Source of the DNA: Schmidtea polychroa
Lineage: Eukaryota
Reading direction: 5' to 3'
Assembly: GCA_044892525.1 (NCBI GenBank)
Contig: CM097885.1
Span: 251,968,001-252,032,000, forward strand
Length of the DNA: 64,000 bases
Part shown: piece after piece, positions 54,273 to 63,751 of the stretch
Position numbering within the stretch: position 1 is the stretch's first letter
Layout: every line of letters starts with the position of its first letter
The notes under the pieces: generated by a model
The model's database searches: none
What the model was told of the DNA's origin: nothing
The model's input: the letters and a program-made list of their open reading frames with translations, nothing else
Made by a program: the position numbers and the translations under genes

Positions 54273-55629
54273 GGTATGAATGAAAATTGTATGATAATTT
54301 TAGATATAATAATGAACAATAAAAACATTTTATTTTAATAAAATTTATACTTTCAAAGATGCATTCTTTCTTTATGATGGCTGGCGACGATGTCGTCTAG
54401 GAATAGGATGTGATGCGGCGAATTTGAATGAATCTGAAGAGAATGTCTGGGAACGAATAGCAGGAAAGGAGGAACTTGAATCGAGGTTTGAAATGAAATG
54501 AATATCACGCGAGCTGATTTTTTAATGCATAACGAGCATCACCATGCGGCATCATATCCGAAACGTAGACGGCGTGGTCGCCAGGTAATTAATTTTCCAT
54601 TCCGTAGATATGATTTTATAAGATTGATTCATTCATGAACCTATTTGATTATATTCCTTTTTGTAATTATTTATGATTCACTTGTGGAATAATAATTGGG
54701 AAGATAGAATCGTCCTTCCTGACGGTCCAAGAGTGGTGGCAGCAATGTATGCCGTTCTTGGGTGGGTCAGGAGGGGTGAGGACATCTAGTGAGTGGCAGA
54801 AAGCAGTTGTAGGGACAAGTCTTTTCATCGAGTGCGATCCGTGGTTATCGTTATCGTAAATATTTCCATCAGAACGAATTACAGTCAGGAAATTTAATGT
54901 AGAGGACAAATCCATGGAGAATTTTAGCAAAATTGCGGAACTACTAAGTATAGACACTATATCCAATTGTCTTTTCTCAAATCTCGATTGAATACGAACT
55001 ACGGCTTGTACTTGCCGACTAATAGTGTCGAAATATCCAAACAGCAGAGACCTGTATTCACGCGATATTGACGATAGAATTTCATAGGAAAATTGTGAAA
55101 CGGTAGTCTTCTAAGGTTTGAATCGCCAGGACATTGGCGACGAAACCCATCTACGATGTACTTTTAGGCTGAATTTTCCACTCTTGTATTGCTGATAAGC
55201 CTTGATTCTCTGAAAATAAAGTAAACAAATCCTGAGGAATTATCGGAATACTTACGGCCGATATGAAGGAAATCGCTGTCAATGTTATCGGCTAATTGCT
55301 GAACGAATTTCAGTTAGATTTTGAGTAACCGAGTTAGATGACGAACAAAAATCTAATAGGAGAGATAACGTGATAATTTCCGACATGATCTGTATAGTGG
55401 GCGTAGTGATAAATATCGCCTTGAGTCAACAACACGATAGAGGACGGATTAACAGTCCCAATTTACTCGTAATTCTCTACATCTGTCACATACTGTCTGC
55501 GGCGATTACTCATGGAAACTCTAGTAGAAAATTCTAAGGGACTACCTCTCGAGAATGCATACAGTTAGACACACAATAGCGAAATTTCTCCTGGTAGGAT
55601 GATAGTAAATCCGAACAGTAAATTGTGTT

Positions 55630-56987
55630 ATGTCATCAGAAGCGAAATTAGCGAGAAATAGAGTGCTAACAGCATATCGCAGATTGTTGAATGATATAAA
55701 TGTCGAGGACGACATTTTAAACGACAGCGGGGGAGATAAAGACGACGATAATGATGAAGATAAAGACGACGATAATGATGAAAAAGGGCGAAACGAGGAT
55801 AAAGAGAAAAAGAAACCAGAAGGGAATAATCAAGAAAACGACTCAAGTATGAAAAAGGAGGAAAATAACCCGGGAAACCGAACAAAGGAAGAGGAAAAGA
55901 CGAATAATGAAAAACAGAGGGTATGCCTACTTTTCACCAACAAGGAAATGGAGACAAATATGATGATAATGATACTTGTACTAACAATGGTGGAAATGAT
56001 AACAGCCCAGGGAGGAATGAGAACGATAAAAGAAGCCAAAGAAACGAAAAATGAAGACAATAAGGAGGAAGAACTAAACCAGGAAAAGAAAAAACGAATA
56101 CAGGATCAACAATGGGATCTTCAGGAAGAATGGGATCTAAAGGAAAAGTGTATAATAGGGAAATGTATGTCTAGAGCTTATAAGAGACTAGTGCTAATAA
56201 ACGAAGATACGGAACCAATAACGGAAGTGGGAATACAAGAAGCGTACCAACATCGAGACGGAAAGAAAATAACAAAAGTTAAATGGAAGGAGGTACACCT
56301 GGGTAAAGGAGGCGAGATAGTGATAACACAACTTCAGCCGAGAAAGGAGTACAAAGTTTGTATTTCAAGGTTAGGACCAGGAGAAGACTGGTTTACAATA
56401 TGTAACACAGAAACAACCCCCAAAGGAATATACGGTCTGTATCTTGAGAAACGGTCCAGAGAGAGAATGTCGACGATATCCTGGGAAAAGAGGCAAGAAA
56501 AGGAAAATCATTGATGAAAAAGATGAGGAAGAAAGCGCAAGAAAACCAGCGAGAAATATCAGGACAACTATGTGTCAGAGGAAGAGATGGAAAAAATACA
56601 AAAAATGGCAAGAGAAGGCATGAACGAGGAGATAGCGAGAATACGAGGAATGATAAAGGGAAATGGCAAAGGCGGTAATCCGAAAAGTACAGAGAGGATA
56701 TCAACAATAACAAACAAGGAAAAATCAGAAATTATAAGCGTGAAACAGATGATGTGGATAAGTGGAATAATAATAGCAGGGGCATTTTTAATCATAACGG
56801 GGGAACAATAAAAATAATCAAAGATAGATGGCATCGCGGAGAACTGGAGATGGTCAGAATGAGAAATTTTCAACATCGAGTAAAACGACCAAGTAATATC
56901 AAGCAGGAACAGTGGGTGGAGGCCTGGAATGCTCAGCGCCCTCCAAACTCACACATAGAAAGGATTATGACTGTATATAAATTGTAA
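55630..56987 (+). pseudogene. Acidic N-terminal segment followed by a type I membrane protein (signal peptide from ATG 55948, FN3-like domain, TM, cytoplasmic tail), frameshifted
   Basis: MMIMILVLTMVEMITAQG; EIVITQLQPRKEYKVCISRLGPGE...TETTP; TM MMWISGIIIAGAFLIITG; tail in ORF 56754-56987. Confidence 0.6.
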
Positions 56988-57111
56988 AAAGTAAGTATGT
57001 AATATTTATTTATATAACAGTATTCTATATCTCTATATAAGCGCGGTATCAATATTATATGATGACGGGGATAAATAACATAAAAATAAAATTAGATAAG
57101 GGTTGAAAAGT

Positions 57112-57486
57112 ATGTATAAATTGAGAATGGAGCAAATAAACAACGAGGTACATCACAGCACGACAACCGAAGAGATGTGGAAACAACAATGTGCAATGCT
57201 GGCCCAAGTAATTTCGAATTTACAAGAACAAGGACTTGCGGTACAAAGGAACTTAGTCGACAGTTTGAATAAAGGATTCAGTTATGTAAGAATCATCGAA
57301 GATCAACGGATAAAAATAGAGCAAATGCAGCAAGAAATAGATCGAATATCGTGATACAGCCAGGGACAGGAAGAGGAGTTAATGAGAATCGCGGAAGAGA
57401 TGGAGAGAGAGGAGATAGAAGACTGGTCTGAATGGCTAACCAGTAGGGAAGAGGGCGGACAAGAGGCCGACTCTTCCAGCCAATAA
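57112..57486 (+). pseudogene. Small coiled-coil/acidic protein with one in-frame stop at 57352
   Basis: The frame continues past TGA as YSQGQEEELMRIAEEMEREEIEDWSEW... to TAA at 57484. Confidence 0.55.
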
Positions 57487-57574
57487 ATATAACCTAAAAC
57501 AAAATGTAAATAACTGTAAATAGAAATACGAGATTGTACCAGTAACGAATATATGTATATATATAATTATAGAA

Positions 57575-58960
57575 ATGGACAAGCGACTAAGAGAAGAGTT
57601 CAAAGAGATTGTCGAACAAGTCAGAAAATCCACCACAATTCGAATACATGACCATGTGAAGTGTGGAATATGCAAGGGATTATTAAAGGAACCTCACCAA
57701 ACCAGATGTGGATGTAGAATGTGCAAGGAATGTGTAGAGGAGATAATAAAGAAGGGACCACAATGGTGCCCGGTATGTAAAGAAACCATGATAACCAGTT
57801 TGGGAGATACAAACGAGGACAAAGCAGCAGTAAAAGATATGTTGAATGCAAATTTAGGATGTAAAAACACCCCATGTAATTGGCGAAGATTGATATGGGA
57901 AGTCAAGCAACATATAGAAGGATGTGCGTATAAAATCAGTCAATGCAAGCGCTGCCAGGAAGTGATAAAAGCCAATGAAGAAGCAGAACATCAAAGTCGA
58001 TGCGAAGAAAGGCTGGAGAAATGTGAATATTGCGGAGAAACCGATACCCGAAGAAAACTAACTAGTCAACATCATAACTTACAAGAGGAGAAAGTGTGCG
58101 CAGAATTCAGAGGAGAATGTCCCAACAAATGCGATAAATCCGGAGTAATAAAACTCGCTCAACATCTGAGAATGTGAAAGGATAAAGATAACGTGTGTGT
58201 TAGGAAAATGGGGATGTCAGAAACAATTACACCGAGGAGAATTACCCCAACATCTAGCAGAAAACGTATCAACACACGCGGAAATGTGGTCAACGGTATT
58301 ACAAGAAAACGAAAGGAAAACCGAAAACTTAGAAAAGAAATAATCTCGCTAAAAGCGTTGGTAAAGGAGTTATATCAAGAAAAAGAAGCATTTGAAGAGG
58401 CGAGAACAAGTACAAAGATACAGACCGACTTAGTAGAAACTAGCAATAATATGGTGAAGGAACTACACCAAAAGGTAAGCGAAATGAACCTCAACGAATT
58501 ATTACCAACGGCTCCCTACATATGGAAAATAACGGGAGTAAAGGAAAAAATGCAGAAAGCGAGAAACGGAAAGGATACAACATTACTAAGTCCAGCATTC
58601 TATTCATGGAAAAACGGGTATAAAATGAAAATGAAAGCATATCCCAACGGGGATGGAAGCGCATACGGAAAACATTTCTCAGTATTCTTCTTGATGTGCA
58701 AAGGGCTATACGACGAGTTAATAGAATGGCCATTCAAAGCAAAAATAGACCTCGCAATGATGAATCATCAAAGTATACATGAACAGAGTTTTCATACAGC
58801 AGGAAACCTCGTATGTTATCAAAGGCCATTGAAAGAAGAAGGACCAGCATCCGGAGCACCGAATTTCATCTTATAGCGAAAAGTAGAGGATATGACGAAG
58901 AACGACACCATATACATAAAGATAACGGTGAGGCGAGATGGGAAGAGCAGAACAAAATAA
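57575..58960 (+). pseudogene. TRAF: Intronless TRAF (RING, TRAF zinc fingers, coiled coil, MATH) with two compensating frameshifts and one nonsense codon
   Basis: RING CGICKGLLKEPHQTRCGCRMCKEC..CPVC; shifted frame about 58167-58335 ECERIKITCVLGKWGCQKQLHRGELPQHL; MATH YIWKI..SPAFYS..GYKM.M.AYPNGDG..GKHFSVFF....YD.LIEWPF; after TAG 58874 the frame continues KNDTIYIKITV. Confidence 0.93.
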
Positions 58961-59181
58961 CGAAACGAATAATTTTGTATATACTAATTTGTAAATATCG
59001 GCGTATATATCCAGTAAAATATTATATAATAGTGTAGAAAAACCCCAAATATACTAATGGTAAACTCAAGCGGAAAAATTCTAAAGTGACCCACTGATAA
59101 CGAATTGTAAATAATAAATAAATAGCGAAAACAAATATAATTATGCTACGCCAAGTTAATAATATCGTTATTTAGCTAAAG

Positions 59182-60210
59182 ATGGCACAAGAAACCCCAA
59201 ACCACGAGATAAGAATCAATAAAGTACACAGAGAAAGATGGGCCAAAGTGATGGCACAACTAGCAAATCAAACACGAAACTATCTCGAAGAAGCAAGAGA
59301 ATGGAAGAACCACCAATTCCAGTGGCTGGTGCAGAATTTAAGAGCGGAGGCAGAGGCCTGTAAAAGAGCCGCCAAGTGGTCGGCACTAGAAAGTACGCGA
59401 CAGGAGGCACATGGCCACTACCTGAAACAACTGGTACAGGAGTCAAGGAAAAGGTTAACTGATGAGAATAAGAAACGGGAAATAGAAAAACAAAAGGAGG
59501 AAAGGAAAACCCGTCAACTATTGGCAGAAGCCAGAAAGTGGAAAAGGCAACATCGAGAAATTAAAAAGGAAATGAAAGAACTACCTCAGAGGCTAGAATA
59601 CGAAAGTGAGCAAGGAAAGTGGGAAGAAAACCTAGATCAGAGAGAAGAGCTGAGAAGGCTCAGAAAAATCGCCGCCCGTAGTCAAACCTGGCAGACCAAG
59701 GCCATGGAATTCGAAAGGCACTTGGCCATGAAAATATCCATAAAGGAACAGGAAAATACTGCCATGGAAGAAATGATCCTGCAACAATCAGGAAGAATCG
59801 TAGAACTCGTGAACAAGGTAGCAGACCTAGAACGAGACAACAACGGCTATAAAGGGGCACTAGAGCAAAGGAACATAGCGCTAGGCGGAAAGAACAAAAA
59901 ATTGGAAAATGAAAGGAAAATGTATCATGAAAACATCAAGAACTTGGAAAAGGAGATAAAAAAATGGGAAAACGGCGAAAAGGCCGAAGAGTTAGAAAAA
60001 CAGATAGAAGTAAGAGATGATGAAACCAGGTATCTGACATACCTGTTGGACGAGGAACTTAACGTTTCAAGAGCATTGAGAGACGAAGTTCAGGAGCTTA
60101 GAGCTCAGATTCCTCGATACTATATCCCATTCGATCCCATCGCACTCCATCTACAAGCATCAGTAGAAAGCGATGAAGGATATGTTGGCCAGGAAGAAAC
60201 CTTTGTGTAA
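59182..60210 (+). CDS. Hypothetical coiled-coil protein (342 aa), intact
   Basis: Uninterrupted ATG ORF, E/K/R/Q-rich heptads, Trp-punctuated; no family recognised. Confidence 0.75.
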   Translation: MAQETPNHEIRINKVHRERWAKVMAQLANQTRNYLEEAREWKNHQFQWLVQNLRAEAEACKRAAKWSALESTRQEAHGHYLKQLVQESRKRLTDENKKREIEKQKEERKTRQLLAEARKWKRQHREIKKEMKELPQRLEYESEQGKWEENLDQREELRRLRKIAARSQTWQTKAMEFERHLAMKISIKEQENTAMEEMILQQSGRIVELVNKVADLERDNNGYKGALEQRNIALGGKNKKLENERKMYHENIKNLEKEIKKWENGEKAEELEKQIEVRDDETRYLTYLLDEELNVSRALRDEVQELRAQIPRYYIPFDPIALHLQASVESDEGYVGQEETFV

Positions 60211-60382
60211 AGATAAATGGAAAAGATAAAAAAAAATCGGGACCTATATCCCAAACAAAAAAATTAATAGTATGGTTAAACTATTTACGGGACTGTAACC
60301 CTGATTAGATAAAATTACATATAAATGTATAAGTATAAGCCGCACTGTAGCGCAATTATTAATTATGTATATATTATAGAAA

Positions 60383-61084
60383 ATGAACACTGAAAACGGA
60401 CAACCCATCATAACATCTATAATCGAGCTGAAAGAGGGAGAAATTGAAGTAGAAGAAGTGGAGAGGAAGAAAACTATTAAGGAAGAATTACAAGAGGAGA
60501 GACAAGAAAACGAAAGATTAGTAGAAAGATGGAGAGATAATCGAAAAATGATTAAAGTATTGAAAAAAGAATATACCTTGTTAGAAGAAGTAAAGAAAGA
60601 AGTAGAGGAAGAAAACGAATGGCTTCACGAACAAAGAAAGCGTGGGAGAAATTGGGAAAAGATCGCGGGAAAATTATGGCAGGAAAGGGCCAGTAGAAAG
60701 GCAGATGAAGTGATTAGCGATTATTGGAAAACCGAGGCACGAAAACACCAAGAAAGCCTGAAAGAGTTACAACTCCAACTACACCAAAAACAAAAGGAAT
60801 GTGAGATAATGAGAAGAATGAAAAACAAATACCAAGAAATAGACGACGGAGAAGATGAGGAAAGAGAAAATGACTTTCTACAAATAATGAACCATAAAAA
60901 CCTAGAAAGGGCAACACAAGAAATAAAAGTGTTAAAAGGAAAAATAACAATCCTAAAACAACAGGTAGACGAAAGAGACAAACAACTAGAAGTACTACCC
61001 GAATTGAGAAAACGAGTAATAAAAGCAGAAACTGAAGTGATGAGAGCATCTGAGAAAGCCCGTAAAAAGAAAACCCGGCAATAA
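60383..61084 (+). CDS. Hypothetical coiled-coil protein (233 aa), intact
   Basis: Uninterrupted ATG ORF, E/K-rich heptads. Confidence 0.75.
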   Translation: MNTENGQPIITSIIELKEGEIEVEEVERKKTIKEELQEERQENERLVERWRDNRKMIKVLKKEYTLLEEVKKEVEEENEWLHEQRKRGRNWEKIAGKLWQERASRKADEVISDYWKTEARKHQESLKELQLQLHQKQKECEIMRRMKNKYQEIDDGEDEERENDFLQIMNHKNLERATQEIKVLKGKITILKQQVDERDKQLEVLPELRKRVIKAETEVMRASEKARKKKTRQ

Positions 61085-61137
61085 TTAAAGATGAATTATT
61101 GATGTAAATAATTGTAAATAAAAATTCGTATAGTAGT

Positions 61138-62260
61138 ATGTGGCCCGGAGCAACCCTGGTAACAATAATGATGATAGCAATAAACGGAATACCCATGTGG
61201 CAGTCAATCCCAACACGTTGGAAGATTCCCGAAAAACAAATAATGAAACTCCGACTAATAGTGGAGAACGAGCTCGAAGATTTAATTCCTTCTCATTCAC
61301 AATATCTGTTGCAAAGTATAAAGCAATGGAAAATGAATTTAAAGCATTATTCAACGATAAATCCTTCACCAGATTCGTTGCCGGTCAAGAGGAGCAAGGT
61401 GACGGTGGATTCCGTCATTTGCAGATGTATTGTGAGGTATTATTTATTTTATTCGATTATGATTAATTAATGGAATAAAATTTATAATTCAGATTTACAA
61501 CAATATGTCTATTTATGCCTTTAGGGCAAAAACGTTTATACCATTTGTTCGAGGAATTGCCGGGACTGAGAGAGCGGCCGCAATCGCATATGCGACTAAA
61601 CTCGATTCTAGAGTCGCTGGAGGAATGAGCATTAAATTTGGACAGCCAAGTAAATATAATAGTTCGAATACTATAGATTATTTCAAAAAAGCGTTGAATT
61701 CTTCCTCTATGAAAGAAGGTCTCGAAATATTAATGCAGAATGAAGCTTTTCATTATACCACCAAGAGGAAGACAATAATAGAAACTTTCGTTAATAAATT
61801 TGGTCTTGCAACTATGCCTAATTTTGGCGATAATTTTTTAATTGATAAATTTAATGTATATGATTGGAAAAGTCACATTTTTGTTGGCGATAGTGGAATA
61901 GGAAAAACTAATTTTGCACTTGCTCATTTTAATAAACCAGTTCACTGTAAACATCTACAAATGCTCAATCGAATTACGGATGATATTTCTCATTGCGATG
62001 GAGTGGTATTCGATGACCTTTACTTTAATAAATGTCGAGTAGAAGAATTTCTCGCTTTAATAGATTGTGCGTACGAGAACGTTATCAACATCAAATATTC
62101 TGTAGCTGTCCTACCAAAGGGATTACCACGCATTTTCTGTATAAACGATATCGATCTTTTTTACCCAGAATGTGTAACATCTACAATAATGGAGGCAATT
62201 AAAAGACGAATAAAAATACATCATTTCAGAGGAAGAATTTTTATTTATTTTATTTATTAA
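61138..62260 (+). CDS. rep: CRESS-DNA-virus-type Rep (HUH endonuclease plus SF3 helicase), split by a probable intron of about 60 nt
   Basis: Motif I FTIS (61296), motif II RHLQMY (61416), motif III YATK (61589), Walker A GDSGIGKT (61886-61909), Walker B VVFDD (62003-62017), motif C IFCIN, Arg finger AIKRR; AT-rich GT..AG segment 61432-61493 restores the frame. Confidence 0.9.
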
Positions 62261-62532
62261 TATATGTTTTACAGACAATGATACATCCCTATCTGACAAC
62301 GAGCCAGTCGTCCAGCCAAAATGCCGATTTGTCTCCCTCGAATGCAGAAGCTGCAACAAATTAATGCGATTGTATATTGGTGTTTGTAACAATAGTTTTT
62401 AGTTTCATTACCTAATAAATGCATATTAGTGTTTTTTGAAAATAGTTTTTAGTTTAAATAGTCAATAAAAGTTAGAAGAAATTTTTTATTTTATCAAATA
62501 TATCGTATTTGACATCGTTTAATACATTTATA

Positions 62533-63141
62533 TCAGAAAAAAACATCTAAATTAACTTTAAATTCATAAGGTTTTTGAACTACAATATATAAAGACCTAT
62601 TTTTCAAAGCTTGTTCATGTTCAGATGCATATTTCCAAATTGGATGATTGTTGGATATAATACATGGACAATTTGTTAATTCAATTTTAGAATCTCCTTT
62701 ACGTGAAACTTTAAGAAATATATTCCCTTCGCACATTAATTTAAGCAAATTGACATTTTTAAAATCACAATAGATTTCTTCTCCAATAATAATTTCTTTG
62801 CCAACACAATCATCAAAACAGAATTCACTTTGAGTTTGAGCACCGGTGAAAAATCCATGTTTTAATGTTCCATGACATATTGCAGTAAATAAAGTTTTTC
62901 CTCCATTACTAGCACCTTCTAGAATAATTGTCTTTGTCTTTCCGGCCTGAGAAGATAGTATTGTATAGATCCCAATAAGCCGACGAATATACTTTTCATT
63001 TTCTTTAGGAACAATTTTACTATTATGAGAAAGAATTCGATTAATTTGTCTATTGTGATCATCGTTAAAATAGAAATTATTGTTATTAATAAAACTCTCC
63101 ATAAAAGTTGATAATTCATTGTATAACAACAACTTGTTCAT
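62533..63141 (-). CDS. Stand-alone SF3 helicase, parvovirus NS1 / papillomavirus E1-like, without a nuclease domain (202 aa)
   Basis: KTKTIILEGASNGGKT (Walker A 62893-62916), SEFCFDDCVGKEIIIGEE, LKLMCEG..LKVSRKG, PCIISNN parallel the parvoviral KRNTIWLxGPxxTGKT / NFPFNDC...WEE / AKAILGG.V.VDxK / PVIVTSN series. Confidence 0.88.
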   Translation of the reverse strand: MNKLLLYNELSTFMESFINNNNFYFNDDHNRQINRILSHNSKIVPKENEKYIRRLIGIYTILSSQAGKTKTIILEGASNGGKTLFTAICHGTLKHGFFTGAQTQSEFCFDDCVGKEIIIGEEIYCDFKNVNLLKLMCEGNIFLKVSRKGDSKIELTNCPCIISNNHPIWKYASEHEQALKNRSLYIVVQKPYEFKVNLDVFF

Positions 63142-63194
63142 GATTAATGAAATGACTCATCGATGTTTTGTACTTTTATTCAAAAATATATAGT

Positions 63195-63350
63195 AAAGTA
63201 AAGGCAATTTACTGTGCCTTCGTTACAAAGGTAATTTACTGTACTTCCCTATATATTTTTGAAAACTCCCACGCAGTCTTTTGTGTGCGGTGTGCTCCTT
63301 ATAGACTTGGGAAATGGGGGGTATGGGGGCCCTGTAGCCCTGTAGGCCCC
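63195..63350. promoter_or_regulatory. Candidate replication origin / bidirectional control region
   Basis: Hairpin AAGGCA-ATTTACTG-TGCCTT 63201-63220, an imperfect copy with the same loop 27 nt downstream, and a GC stem GGGGGCC...GGCCCCC near 63325-63350, between divergent genes. Confidence 0.45.
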
Positions 63351-63400
63351 CTAAACAAATTAAAAAACGAAAGAAAGCCATACAACAACATCCAGGAACA

Positions 63401-63715
63401 ATGTTGGAACAAGCCGTATGGCAAAAGATTCAAATGCAACTCAGCCTGCAAACCCAAAGAATTGAACAACTCGAAACTCTCCTACAAGAACAAACCACTC
63501 AACAATCACTGTAGGAAACCATCGTGAAGAAGGAAGCAAAAGAAAGTCAAGTCTTACTCTATACTGCAGTCAGTGAAACCCTTATCATCTGCGCGCTAGT
63601 CGTCTGGAAAGCGTATGACATCTATCGAACATGGGAAAGAAACCAGCCACTATCCTGTATGCGGGACAGACGTAATAAACTTCGAGTCGTAAGAGTGTCA
63701 CTGACAATACCGTAA
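63401..63715 (+). pseudogene. Small coiled-coil plus TM protein with one in-frame TAG
   Basis: MLEQAVWQKIQMQLSLQTQRIEQLETLLQEQTTQQSL*ETIVKKEAKESQVLLYTAVSETLIICALVVWKAY... reads in a single frame. Confidence 0.5.
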
Positions 63716-63751
63716 TGTTTGCAGTGTGAGTATAAATGTCTTAACTTTTAG

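Noticed and set aside
56999-57007. AAATATTAC (minus strand) matching the CRESS nonamer NANTATTAC
   Set aside because: No flanking stem and an AT-rich context. I found no canonical nonamer-in-hairpin near Rep by eye, though the search was not exhaustive.
55830-61369. Hydrophobic minus-strand ORFs opposite the cargo cluster
   Set aside because: Antisense shadows of purine-rich + strand coding sequence.
61138-61470. 110-aa ATG ORF overlapping the Rep N-terminus as an overprinted gene
   Set aside because: More simply explained by a 2-nt duplication that shifted the Rep start codon; no motif. Could be revisited if conserved in other copies.
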